64,000 nt of DNA from Callorhinchus milii. Its lineage: Eukaryota. Within the stretch, counting starts at the first letter, position 1. Each line of letters opens with the position of its first letter. The stretch spans positions 12,524,001 to 12,588,000 of the forward strand of contig NW_024704748.1 in NCBI RefSeq assembly GCF_018977255.1, written 5' to 3'. Of the stretch, positions 12,256 through 25,400 are shown piece after piece. The translations under genes and the position numbers were made by a program. The notes below the pieces were generated by a model, which did not search any database, was not told the origin of the DNA, and saw nothing but the letters and a program-made list of their open reading frames with translations.

Positions 12256-14029
12256 AAAATGGAAGATCACAGAGAATTGTGAATACAGTAGTCTTAATTT
12301 GGAAGCTGACTTTCCACAGGCTTGCGAATGAAGATTAATTAAAGGCAAAGTAGATTAAATAATGTTGCACCATTTTTGTCCGTCCTTAAATTTTAAAATG
12401 ATGTGATCTTGAATTGGGTATTGGGAAAATGAGCAATGAGATAGCCATAATCATAGTAATAATAATAATCCTTGCATTTGATATAGCGCAGTATTACATT
12501 GTTGAAACATCTCAAACCACTTCACACAATAATTGTAAAGTAGATTGACTGTGTATTTTGTGGGAGATACCTGGCAGTTGATTGTGCACCACAGTGTCCC
12601 CACCAGTTGTGGATTAGGTGACCACAACTGTTTGTCGATTTTGGAGGGATTATTAACCCTGGAAAGTGATCTGCCAATCGCTTAACAACTGGGTTCCTAC
12701 TTGCTGCTAGGTAAGCGGCCATGTGCAGTACGGAAACTTGCCTAAGCTTTCACTAACCATTAACCATAACTCTACGGGAATCTGTTTCACTTCCTGATCC
12801 CAACCTTTAAGTGATTCAACATCTCTCCACCCTCCCTGATGTCAAAGCTCTTGCACGATTGTTGTTATTTGTGGGAAAGGGTGAGTCCTGGAAAGTATGA
12901 CTTTGCAGTGGCATCACAAGTCTTATTTTCATTCACAAAGTCCATACACACCTTTGAGTGTTTTGAACTGATGCATGGTTATAGCCGTCATATATATAGA
13001 TAGATAGATAATCCCACAATAAGGCTGCAAGTGCTGGACTATTTTCAGAGACGGCTGGCTGTGATAGCCAGTAACTGTGTCTCAAAGCCACATACATGAC
13101 TCTGTTCGTAGTTTTCCTACTTTGGTGAAAATAGGAAGCCTATTCATGGTGAACGGCCAATGAATATCCATAAACTCCAAATCAATACAAGCTTATTGCC
13201 CTTGTTGATGCGTCTTGTCCTTCGTGCCCTCCATTCCACTATCAGCGACTGTGCTTTCAGCCACTATCAGAACTGCTTTCAGAACACTCCCCTTCAATCC
13301 CTCCGCCTTGCCCCTTCCTTGCCCATCTTCCTCTTCGACCGTGTTTATTTTCACGGCCCCCCTTCCACCCACCCCTGGCTCGGCATCAGGCTCTGCCACT
13401 GTGAAGTGCTCTGAGATGCTCCCCTGCAGGGTGATGTGTTTTATAAATGCAAGTTGTTTTTTGTTGTTTTTCCTTGTTTATGAGTGCAGTATGGGGCTTT
13501 TTGTTTCAAGTTTGTTTCTTTGACTGCTTTGTAAAACTTGTTCACTGAGACAGATCCAGAAATATTGGTGACCTTTACACCAATAAAATGATGCACATTG
13601 ACACCATCCCTGAATATCCTTATCTCTTTTTTATTCTTTTCTTCCTTCCCATTGTTATGCATTGTTTTGGGGGTTATTTGTGTGCGTAGCAATTGAACAA
13701 AGTCTGCGGTTAATATTGTTCCTCTGTTGAAAACGTGAAACTACAGCTGTGCATATAAGAGTCAGACTCCCCAGGCAGGCATTAAGTCATTTACTACCAA
13801 AAACCTACCCACGCTTTCATTAAGAAACAATGGAGGCGAGAAAAAATGCTCTAACCGAGGGCACTGTGACATTGTATTTTCATTTTACTCCTGTCATTGT
13901 ATTCAGCACAAGAAGTATAAACACATGTCCGCTCTGTCATACTCAAATCCAACATTTAATACACTGTTTTTCCTGGGCGAGGGGTAATTTTTATGCTAGA
14001 AAACTAGCACCATTCTAAGCAGTACTACA

Positions 14030-14071
14030 ACAACAAGATGACATTTGTATAGCGCCTTTCACGTCAGGAGG
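14030..14071 (-). mobile_element. 42-bp L2-type tail insertion with ACTACA target-site duplication
   Basis: Absent from the paralogous site near 11690; ACTACA at 14024-29 and 14072-77. Confidence 0.85.
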
Positions 14072-14378
14072 ACTACATGACTAGACTTGCCTGGACTAGA
14101 TGAAAAAGATAAATATTAACATTTGTTTTTTGCTTTGCAGTTAATCCATTTTTTAAAATCTTATTGGAGTGCTACCCTCTTATCTTCTGTCTATAAAACT
14201 TGTTTTGCTCGGTCCCTGCAATATCAACATAAGCGGGTAGGACTCGACAATTCAAGAAAGAAGGCAAGGAACTGAGGAGAAAAATAGAATTTAAACATGG
14301 CTGAAAACTTTGAGACTACATGGTGTGTGGTCAAGGTGGGCAAGGAAGAGAAGCTAAAAACATAGGCTTTTCTCATGA

Positions 14379-14469
14379 ACAAAACACAAAATACTGCAGA
14401 TGCTGGAATCTGAAACAAAAACAGAGAGAGCTGGGAAAACTCAGCAGGTCAGGCAGCATCTATGGAGAA
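14379..14469 (-). mobile_element. 91-bp truncated copy of the Penelope-like repeat with a 15-bp target-site duplication
   Basis: AGGCTTTTCTCATGA at 14364-78 and 14470-84 flanks the reverse complement of ~62272-62362. Confidence 0.82.
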
Positions 14470-17400
14470 AGGCTTTTCTCATGACTCTGACTCAATGACA
14501 GATATCTGAAGCACATGCTTTTGTACGAATGTGGATAAATTAATACAATTGTTATTTGTCTCTGTTTTGTGACTTCCAAGTTCAAAAAATCAGCATTGAA
14601 AAGGGAAAAAAGAACAATAATGATCGATATTATTGAATTAGTTTCTATTGATCCTCTGTATTGTACAGTTTATACAGAGTTTTGGGACTTCTTGGTGATG
14701 AAAGAAACTGTTTGTGTTCAGTACCAGATTAGCCCATATATATATAGTTCTATAATAATAGCTCAGTTCATCATAAGTTTTTGCTGCCTTTTTCTTTAAT
14801 TTATACAAATGATTGTTTGAAATGAATCTATTGCTTCACAGTTTGGATGGGTTTTGAAAGTAGGAGGGAGCAAGGAGGACAGATTTTGGAAGGGAGCGCC
14901 AGAGATTATGTACAAAGTGTTTGAAAGCTCACCCACCAATGGCTTTTATTGCGTCCAGCTTGTGTTCGTTTTAGCGACGTTATCCTATAAATAGTGAGAC
15001 ACGTGGGTCAGGAAAGCCCCAGACTTCTGCCCTAGTGCTAGGTTTAGCTTAACTGGGTTGGAAGTGAATCTGACCCACCATAGGGTGGAAGGGCGAGAAA
15101 AAAATGCAGAAAGTTCACTGAATTTAACTGAAAATTCTCCCTTAGTTTATGCAATTTGCTGTTTTACTCCTTGAATATAGAGGGTGACTAAAAAGTCATA
15201 TATACCGTATTATCCCCCAAAAATCATAATTTCTTTAAGACTGATTAGACATTGTAATGGCATCATGACTTTTTGGTCACCCTTTACATTGTGGGGAAGA
15301 GGGTTGGTTTATTTGCAACAGCCCTTAATTTCCTCTTAATCTTCTGGGTGTTGCACAATTCAGATACTGAATCTAGCTGCTCAGCAGCAACAAACTGTCC
15401 TTATATAACCCCTTTCAAATACTGTAGAACATTTCAAAGTGATTTACAGGGAAGAGGTGAGAAATAGAAGTGGATAGAAAGTGGAGGAGGAGAGAGAAAT
15501 GGGTTAAGGTTAGGGTCAAACACGGTCAAAAAGGTTTTTAGATGAGTTTTGGAAGCCGGGAGGAGGGATTTTGAAAGCGAGTTCCAAAGAGCATGGACAA
15601 AATGCCTGAAAGCTCACTCACCAATTGCAAAACTGATGTATTATTTGGATTACTTCCTGTGTGGACAGAGAATGAGATCCCCGGATCATGATCTGCGTAA
15701 CTTGGAGTATTAAATTATTGGGTTGACATTGAAACGGCACATACAGTTAGTGCAATTTACATATCTAGCCCATTGTCAGTTACTCCAGAATATAAATATG
15801 ACCTTGGAACTTTCTTTTTCACTGCAGCCTGGGAGAATTGTTCCCAGGCTGCTGTGAAAATCGTTTGCAAGCTGTTTACTAAGGAAATTATCTATCTCCA
15901 AACTAATTTGACAGATTTCAGACTGAACATGTGTAGAAAACTGGGGCTACACTTCTCTCGTCTCCTTTCAGATGTTGCAATAAATGAAACTCATGCATTA
16001 AGTTCACTGCATTAACTGAGCGTCTTGAGCTGATTAAAAGGATCACTTTTTTTNAAACTAAGCAAAAATGAACCACTGTAATTGATGCCAAAATTGCTGA
16101 ACAATTTTCCATTCCATTCCACACAACTCCGCAACGAGTGGAAACTCTTAACAGATTGAGTCATTGATGGAAGTGGAAATGTTGGACAATTCCGCATTCA
16201 GTTGGCAAACTAACTCCTGCTAAGTAATCGCAGGGGCTGGATGTCTATATGACTATGTGAGAGACTTTACAAGGCTTACTTTCTAAGCTTAAACAAATTA
16301 TCTGTTTTTAACAGTAAACTAGACTTTTTCTTTTAAGATTAAAAATAGCTTATGTTTCCTCCTGTGGAATTAGTGCTTGCTCAGTAGCAGGTGGGATTGT
16401 AGAACTGATGTATTAATACTGTATACTCAATGCTGCAATACTGGTACTGAGGGAAGCTTGTGCCTATAGTTGGCACTTGAGAAATGTACAGTGCAGACTG
16501 TCTGCAGCATTGTGACAACATATTCCCTTTTGGATCCCAGTGCAAAGGGGCCTCACTGAGCGCTTCGCTGAGAAGATCTCACTAACCCTGCATTCCTTCA
16601 TGATTTGACCACAAACTCCAAACATAATACAGCTGTAGCACTGGAATTGGCCATTGCTACATTTCTGTTTTAACTTTAAACCATTGTTTCTGAACTGATC
16701 TCCCCCTCTCTAGTATGAACAGGAAGAGTTTTTAGCACATAAGCATTGTGAAGCATTGAGTCCTAGGTGCAGGCACACAACTTACTGAAGGCTTTGCACC
16801 GATAATCCTTTCTCGTGTGTGAGACTAACTGGCACTTGGAGATAATGGGGGGAGGGGGGGGTGAAAATATATTTTTAATGAGTGCGTGAGTAATCCATTA
16901 ATTTAGCAACAGCTGATCATTATAGAAGATACGTTTAGTGAAAGGAACAATAAAGAGGTGCTGAGGATTACATGTACTGATCACGAGTAGTAATAATAAT
17001 AATAATGAGACTAATATAGCAGACGATTGTCAGCCATGACACTGGGAGGAACTCCCTGCTGACTCGTACTGAAGTAGTGATGAGCACATGACAGACCCAG
17101 GAAGTCAGAGGAAAGGCAGAAGTTAAACAGTTTCCAGATGTGAAAGTTCAGATTTGGCATTTTGCGGATCTACTTTGTGAGAGGACCCAGGTTTGAAATC
17201 TACTTTACTTTCAGACCTCTCAACTTTGTGATAAGGCGCTATATCAAATACAAGGATTATTATTATTATTACTGAAAATTTCATTTGAACTGGTTTCTTT
17301 CTTTACCTTTGCTGTGTATCACTGTGTGTGTGTGTGTATTAACAAAATATTGTTACTAAAAGCCAGTTTCTTTAATGTGGAAAACCAAAATGTTTTTGGT

Positions 17401-19370
17401 TTCTTGCTGCCAAGGAATATTTGCTGGGAGCAAACGTGTCTTGGAAACGTAATGCAGGAAAAAGAGAGCTTATCAGCTCCATGATCTCTAAACTGCTTAC
17501 ATTCATTTTGGCACAGTTTGAGTTGCTTTTCAGTTCATCTGACTGCATTGCTGATAGGCTGAATGTTGGTTGATCTGAGCATTTCATATTCATTGTTAGT
17601 ATCCCTTGAGACTGGACAGAACATTAAACTCAGTTGCATCTGTTTTGTATTAATGATTGACTGACTGACTCCAAGCATAGCAGGGCTTACAGCTGTATGA
17701 GGGAGGGGAGCAAGTAACAGATTCAGGCCTGGAGAGAAACGCACTTAGTGCTCAGAGAATAATAAAATGCTAACGTAACCTTATTGTACAAATCTTTTAA
17801 AAAATGAAAGCACCCTCAATTCTAATGTCATGTGTTTTCATCAGTTGCTGTGAGTAATTGCTTGTGGTAAGCAGATTCATGTAAATTAATGCATATTATA
17901 ACAAGAAGCTGCAAATGTGTGCACAATGAAGCGGCGTTTGTTGGACTAGGTGCGGAAGGGAGAGCATTTGATCCTTTCCTGGGGGTTTGCAGGTTCACAG
18001 TAAAGCAAAAGCTAGGTCAATGCTAGACTTCATCTCAAACGTAACTAATTAAAAGTTGATGTTTACTCCAAATTTCTATTGCTCGGTGAGGACAGATTTG
18101 GATTGCTGACACCTTTGAAGGAGTTTCCTTCACAAGGACATTGAATTGTTGGAGAGGTAGATGAATGCACAACGCTAAGTATGAGGCTGAGCTATGAAGA
18201 CTGCAGAGCGGATCTGTTTTTATTTGAACAGTGAGGATTGATTAATTTCCTGAAGTTCTTTTGCTTAATTATCTTTTGGGCATTAGGGATTATTGATGCC
18301 GAAATGTCCCCTCCTGTCCCCCGTGAATGACGTAGACATTTTTGTTGTCTGCGGAAGGCTTTGATCGCCTAAATGGTGTTTTTCTTATTCTGTGGCATTT
18401 TTGATATTTTGATATTCTTGTTTGTTCATGCTGATGTCTTGTGTTTCCTGTTAACCCGTGTCATCTGGTCTCTGACTCAATTGACAACCACATGAATTTC
18501 CAATGCATTGTATTTAGCATAAAATTGTTATGGCAGCAGTCCATTCATTGCTTGTTTACCAGAAGTCCCTTTGTTATATGTTAGTTTGGTGCAAAACTAC
18601 CTGGTGCAAAGGCTGCAATAAGGTTAATTCTGGCAATGTTCCAGTTTCTCTGGGTATAAGGTAAGCCTTGGGGCTTTGAATTTTTAAACTCTATTCCAGT
18701 TCACACTGGAATATTCAGGGTCCTGGTCACCAGCCTGACATTGATTCTGAATTATCAAAGAAAGCTACAGTAACTCTTTTGTGAATGTCAAATGTTTTCC
18801 AACCATATCAAGCGTGAAATTACCCCTGTGTGGGCACGTGTACGTCCATATATGTGCATGCGACCGTACGCATATATAATATATACATGTGTACATGTGT
18901 TTGTGTGTATAAGAGTGTGCTATATTTACATATATCGAGGGTCGCTTGTGGTTTTCAGTATATCTGACCTAATGCTGACCCTGTGCTGTTGAGTGACTTA
19001 TCTAGAGTAGGGGGGTCTCCAACTGGTCGATTGAGATGGCAAGAAATGGCCCACTGGACACTCGCACCAGGCCAGTCTACACCAAATCAATACCTTGTTT
19101 GCAGTAGCTACCGAGCTACGATACCCACAGTGTAGGCATAAAGGAAGAAGAATTCAATAAAGAAAAATGTATTTGGTTGTCTGACCAAAAAGGTGGGCCA
19201 CCAGAGCCTCCTATCTAATCGTTTCCTCACACGTAATAGTCCTCTGAGATGTTTTCATCTGGTTCTTTCAAGTTTTGGTTTCTTCTGGTTGCTGAATATC
19301 ACTGCATCTTAGAGCAGATTTGTATTAATTACAAAGGGTATTTTTGTTCTCTTTCAGATTTTAAAAAAAC

Positions 19371-19422
19371 ATGAGCTACCCCGGCTACCCCTCAGCACCA
19401 GGAGGATACCCTCAAGCCCCAG
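19371..19422 (+). CDS. ANXA11: ANXA11 coding exon 1 ([17 protein letters not shown])
   Basis: Acceptor ttctctttcAG at 19356-57, ATG at 19371, donor GT at 19423. Confidence 0.93.
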
Positions 19423-22400
19423 GTACTGTGACTATTTTACTTAATGCTTTTCATTTAATGATCTGATACACACACTGATTGTACCAACAGACAAATCAAA
19501 TTGAGAGGTGCCCTTCATTGTTGAGTTTGCATTTGTTTCTTTATCGGAATTAAAGATTTGGGTTTTATTCTCAAACTGGGATGCATATTTAGAATTCTGC
19601 CATGTTGGCATTTTGTATTTTTTTTTAATCTTTCAGTACCTGTACAAGTTTTCTCTGGATCCAAGAATTTTTTTTTTGCTTTTTGCTCATTTTCAGGTGG
19701 CAATGCCTGGGGTGGCTATCCTACAGGAAATCCTGCAATCCCTCAAACCCTTGGATTGGAAGCCTTTGCAAATGCACATCAACAGTTTAACCCCAATTTG
19801 ATAACAGGAATGGTAAGCAGCCGCTGTGAAGCTAACTTGTGGGGTGTCTCTTGCTGGAATTCTGATAGTGGCTGAACAAATACCTTTTAAAGCTACAGTA
19901 ACAGCAACATTTTGTGACCCTGATAAACCAATGCATCAGTTCCAATCTTCTTCCTTGCAAGAGTGTGCAGCTTTAGTGAATATTATTTGGGGTCCTTTGG
20001 TTCTGTACACTCAGTGAGTTGGCTGATTGGATACTTCTTTCAGCAGGAGTAAGGGAGTATAGGACAAGTCAACTCTTTTTTTCTCACCTGTCTCCGAATG
20101 TGTCTGTGAAATGGGTCACCCGCCTGCTACCTTGGGTCAGGAGTAGGAAGTGGCAAGATTGGTTCTACGTTGATTCTTTTGTTTTTTTAAAAAAAAAGCT
20201 TATCTGCACAAGCCTTATTGAAAGTCCTACCCTGGAAACAATGCGCAACGTCTAGATGCTTAAACAGATAGAGAAAATAAACCAGAAACATACTTTCAGA
20301 TATAGCAAGGCAGCAGTTCAACAAGAATAAATTACATTTGTATAGCGCCTTTCACGTTGTCAGGATGTCCAAAGTGCTAGACAGTCAAGAATGTGCCCCT
20401 GAGCTGGGAGTTGGGATCAGGAGGGGTGGAGAGCAGGGATAGTGGGGGTAGGAGTGTGACCAAAGGTGCCGTCTAAGGGAATGGTCTTGAGATGGGCCTT
20501 GAAGGAGGCAAGGAAGTGAGGTGAAGGGACTGTGGGTTGCAGTTCGAAAGGTGGCACAGAAATGCTAAAGGTCCAACTGCTGATGATGGGGTGGGCAGCG
20601 TGGGGCAAGTGGAGTAGACCACAGAGCCGAGGGAGATCATGTTTACTTTGTGAAGGGCAATATTAGGCCAGTTACCAGAAAATATTTATTTTTGCAGAGT
20701 AGTTGGAATGAGTGATCGGGTTGGTTGAAGCTCTGACTCTGGATCCGTTCAGCACCTTGGGATGTCCTCCCGAGGTGAAATGCGCTATATAAATGCAATT
20801 TGGTGGTGGTGGTGTTTAAGAACAACTTGATGTTGTAACTGGGGTTAGGGGGCAGGAAGGTAGATTGGTGTTTTGAAAGGATAAAAACAAATGAGCAAAA
20901 TAGCTTTTTTTTTCCATCTAAACCTCTTGTGATTTAGAACAGCCGCATAATCAAATGTACAGTTATAAATGTGAGAAATTTAAACGTATCTAATTATTTT
21001 TTCGATTAACTCTGTTAAATTTTTAAAGTACAAGAAAATCAAAATACTCTTTCATCAAATCAAATAGCCTGAATGTTGATGTTTATATTCTGTCATTGAT
21101 GCAGGTTCACGACTTGACTAACTCATTTCCCGGCATGTACCCTCCTGGAGGATTTGGGGCACCTCCATATGGGACTTATCCACAAGCTCCAGGAAGTCAG
21201 CCTGGTGTACCTGCAAACCATCAAGGCTACCCTGGCTCAACCCCAGGTTACCCATCAGGCCCCCCTCAAGGTTACCCATCAGGGCCCCCTCAAGGTTACC
21301 CATCAGGGCCCCCTCAAGGTTACCCATCAGGGCCCCCTCAAGGTTACCCATCGGGCCCCACTCAAGGTTACCCATCGGGCCCCACTCAAGGTTACCCATC
21401 GGGTTCCGCTCAAGGTTACCCATCGGGTCCCGCTCAAGGTTACCAATCGGGTCCCGCTCAAGGTTACCCATCCGGCCCCACGCAAGGTTACTCATCGGGT
21501 CCCGCTCAAGGTTACCCAACAGGCCCCACTCAATCTTACTCATCAGGCCCTTCTCCAAGTTACCCAACAAACACGGGCTCAACTGTTACCCGTTCCCAAG
21601 TTCCATCAAAGGTAAGGAAGATAGCTCGATGTACGAATTAGAGTAATCTTTTAGCAAATATGCGTCAACTACTTACTGCTCAAAAGTAAAATGTCAAAAA
21701 TAGTTTACATATAAACAGCAACTAATAGACTTAGACTCCAGAAATGATCCACACACATCACAACTAATTGAGCAGAAAGATGGGTTTGGTGCATAGATGG
21801 GTTTGGAAGTTTGGAAGCTGTTGGGTAGTGTAGGTTTGGGGACTGTTGGGTGGTAAACAATTAGGGGAGCAAGCATTTGCGCACATGTGTGCGGGAATTG
21901 TCTTGTGTCAACATGATGACGGTAATCACTGGCTGGTGTGTAGGTTCAGAAAAAAACCTGTGTCTCAGAACTGAGATTTGCTCTGTCTATTTGTTCCTCC
22001 TACCGTGATTGTAGAGAGGGATAAAGTCACTGCTTTTTAAGTCTTTGAAGCATTAAAGGGAAAATATATTATTGCTCAATAATATGATTTGATTATTGAT
22101 TAATCTGTGACCTTACAACAACTATTATCGTCCAACTTTTCAAAAAATACTTCGCACCTATCTTTCTTTCTCAATGCACTAAACTGTAAATGAACTGACT
22201 TGCTACCTACAAACTACGTGAAATAACAAGGAGAGAGACTATCGTAGTGATTTGCTTAATGAGGATCATTGCTAAATATTGTACTGTAAATCACTAACAT
22301 GCTACATGAACAGCGGAGGTTTGAGTGTGGGAAGCATTCATTTTGGCCTGTTAAAAAAATTTCTTTGGATGTTTTATGCCCAGGTTGACTCAGAATATTA

Positions 22401-25400
22401 TGACCAAGTTGGCTCAGAATATTATGACCAAGTTGGCACAGGATTTGAAGAGAGCTTTAGTGACATGCTTTCTGAGATTTTTCAGGTAACTGCATGAGAG
22501 TGTGGTTTGTGACGTGCTGAGGGAATGCCCCATTGAAGAGGATGCCCTGATTTATTCCTATGGGCGTATCAGTAAAGCAAATCCATGCTAGTTCCATTTT
22601 TTCTCATCAAATTGACAGGTGGGAAGCCCATAGCAATGAGTTTCTGGAGTTAGGTTTTGTGGTGGAAGGGATTCTCTACCCTTTAGACAATAGCATAACA
22701 CTGGTTCACCACAGTGCCACCCAGAGTGAAAGGCATGGAGGTGAGCAGTCTGTGTGAGAATCAAAGTTCAATCTAAATAAACCTTGTAATTTTCAAACCC
22801 CCTAATCCAGGAGAGAATGTTCTGCTGCACATTATTGAAGGGTGTTTGTGTGCAAGGAACATTGAATTTGCAGCTGAAATGGATTTGGATTCCATTGGCC
22901 TAAAATCCTTGTCTTCAATTTGATTTTCATTTCATTTGGGTGGTTAGCGAGTGGGGTGGGGGCAGGATCTCTGAATTCATAGTTCAAATCATCAAAACTG
23001 CATTCAACAAATGCCTTCAGAGCTTATCCCTGTTGCGACAGAAGATGAGCCACTTGACTTTTAGGAGAGAATTTTTTTGGGTTGGGGGCGGTAAGGGGGG
23101 AAAACAATAATGTGTGCAGGTATTAGATCAGTTCAGAACTGCTTCTTCCTGGCTTTCTCTCTTTTCTTTTTGCTCCACATTCCCCATTGCTGGACATTAC
23201 TTTTATTGGAAAACGCAGGGTGATGAGTTGATATTGCTTGTTATTGTAGCGCAATTTGCCATTTGGTTCCCTGTTGTACTACTATATCTTGGCTTCCTGT
23301 GGTGTTCCTATGTGCGACTTTGGTTTTGGGGCCAATTTTTTTTTTAAAAGCATCATTTCATCTTATTGCTGAATTCACTGTGTATAATGCTGTTCCTCTG
23401 CATGGATTGTGGGGGATTCCAGTAAAAAAACTGGATGTTGATTGATGGCATCTAATGAGCTTATCTATGATTCTTGTTGAAATGTTCAAAAGCTTGCAAT
23501 CAGAATAAGTAAAAACAAAGAAGTTTACAGAGGAAGGAGACAAAATTGGCAAGGCAATTAAAAAGTTTTTTTTAAAAAATAATTAATCGGGTCTGTTTCC
23601 AAAGATATTGTTCAGTGAACAATGGAATGTTAATCTAAGCTCAAGAGTCTGCATTCTGATCCGTTTCCTGTTGTAGTCTAATACTCAAAGAATCAGAGTC
23701 TCTATAAAATTGGCAAACTCTCTGCAACTTCAATTAATTGACTGTAAATCTTGTGCTATGAACGAACATGTTATCACAAGAATTCTACAGAAAGGCTCCC
23801 TTTAATCTCGAGTACAGAAAGCTACTGGCTGTGATTACAGGTGAACAGTATGATTGTGAACTTATTAACGCTATGCAAAATTTGAACAAAATTGAATGAG
23901 CATGCAGTGTGAGCTGTGTGGTGGAATCAGCTCAGTGAATTCATAATCAGGATTAGTTTGTTGTTTCTGGCTTGGGTTTGTGACAAGTGAAGCTGTGCCG
24001 CAGATGTCAAGATATTCCAGAATTAACCGACCTAGTCAATTAATCCTTCGACTACATGTGAACTAGAGCATTGTTTGTTGACCCATTTGTTGCCTATATT
24101 TAAAGCAGTCAACAACGAACATGACATTTTGATGCCTCTGCATAATTAGTGCTGTGGGCACTTTTGTATTTGTATAAACATAGCACTTCTGTTTCTCTTT
24201 CAGTTTTTGCATTCCTTACACATATACAAGCCGTGGTTCACAAATGCTGGGCAGGGTTTTCATCTTTAGGGTCTGTGTTTCTCAATACAATATTTCATTT
24301 TAAAACCCCACAAGTTGTGTCAGAAATGGGAGTGTCTGTGGCTGCCTTGCTGATCACAAAGGTCCTGGCCTGGTTAGTAGCTTTGATCAACAGAAGATCT
24401 CATGCACCAAACTGGAGTTGCACATCCTTATGCTGTAATAATGTGTGTTCATGATTGATGGTAAGACAAAGTAATGACTGGGCAAGTTTGAGATTTAGTG
24501 CTTTAATCAGCAACATGCTGTGGAGACATCAGCACTCAGTGTCATCATCATTTCACATCATTGGGGAGGACAAGTTTGCAGGGCTGTGGGAAGAGAGCGG
24601 GAGAGTGGGATCGATTTGGATACCTCTTTTAAACGAGCTGGCATAGACCCGATGGGCTGAATGTCCTCCTTCTGTGCTGTATGATTCTAAGATATAATTG
24701 TCTGAATACCTACCTCTCAGTGGTGGGAGTGAATGGTGGCTGGCAGGAAGGCACTGATGTATGAGAGAAAATGAATTAACTTGCGTTACTATCTGTTGTT
24801 ATTTGTGGCATGGTTTGGTTTTAGTTATTTGTCGATGTATACATGAAAGAGAGACAAGGGTATAGAGGGATATGGGAGAGGGCATTTGAACATGTAAAGT
24901 ATAAACACCGTCACAGACTAGTTTGGGTAAATGGCCTGTTTCTGTGTTGTAACAGTCTATGTGACTGTATGTTGGTTACAGAAATAACTGATTGACAGCT
25001 GCTCGAATACCACTATACCCACAAAGCTTTACATCGTGCCCATTCAAAATCTTTATAGGCCTCCCATTCAAATGCATTGGGAGGAAAATGCAAATTAATA
25101 AAGGAAACTGAATTAATTCACAAAATGGGTTCCAAGTTCAACACAGTGTTGATTGAACAAACCGAGGTTCTTTTGAATATCACATGAAGTTAATGATATT
25201 CTGGGTAAATGTAAAGGTCTGGTGAAGAGGTAAGTTTCTTGTGCTTTGAACTCCATGCCCGACAGACCCAAGATCTTTAATATTTTCTGTTGTTCAGCCT
25301 GTGAACAGAGGCAGTGTGAGGGAGGCTGCAGGATTTGATGCGCTGAGAGATGCTGAAGCCCTGAGGAAAGCTATGAAGGGTTTTGGTGAGTGAATTTAAC

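Larger units (their letters stand above)
5798..14117 (+). repeat. Degenerate tandem segmental duplication (copy A ~5798-11730, copy B ~11738-14117)
   Basis: Three collinear matches, each with scattered substitutions and indels: 5798-5938 with 11738-11873, 6469-6980 with 12625-13128, and 10792-11730 with 13122-14117. Confidence 0.92.

Noticed and set aside
21118-21615. Alternative-frame and antisense repeat ORFs over ANXA11 exon 3
   Set aside because: Shadow frames of the 24-bp coding repeat.
22389-22436. Exact 24-bp tandem duplication (and a 22-bp near-duplicate at 57685/57722)
   Set aside because: Ordinary intronic slippage duplications with no functional cue.
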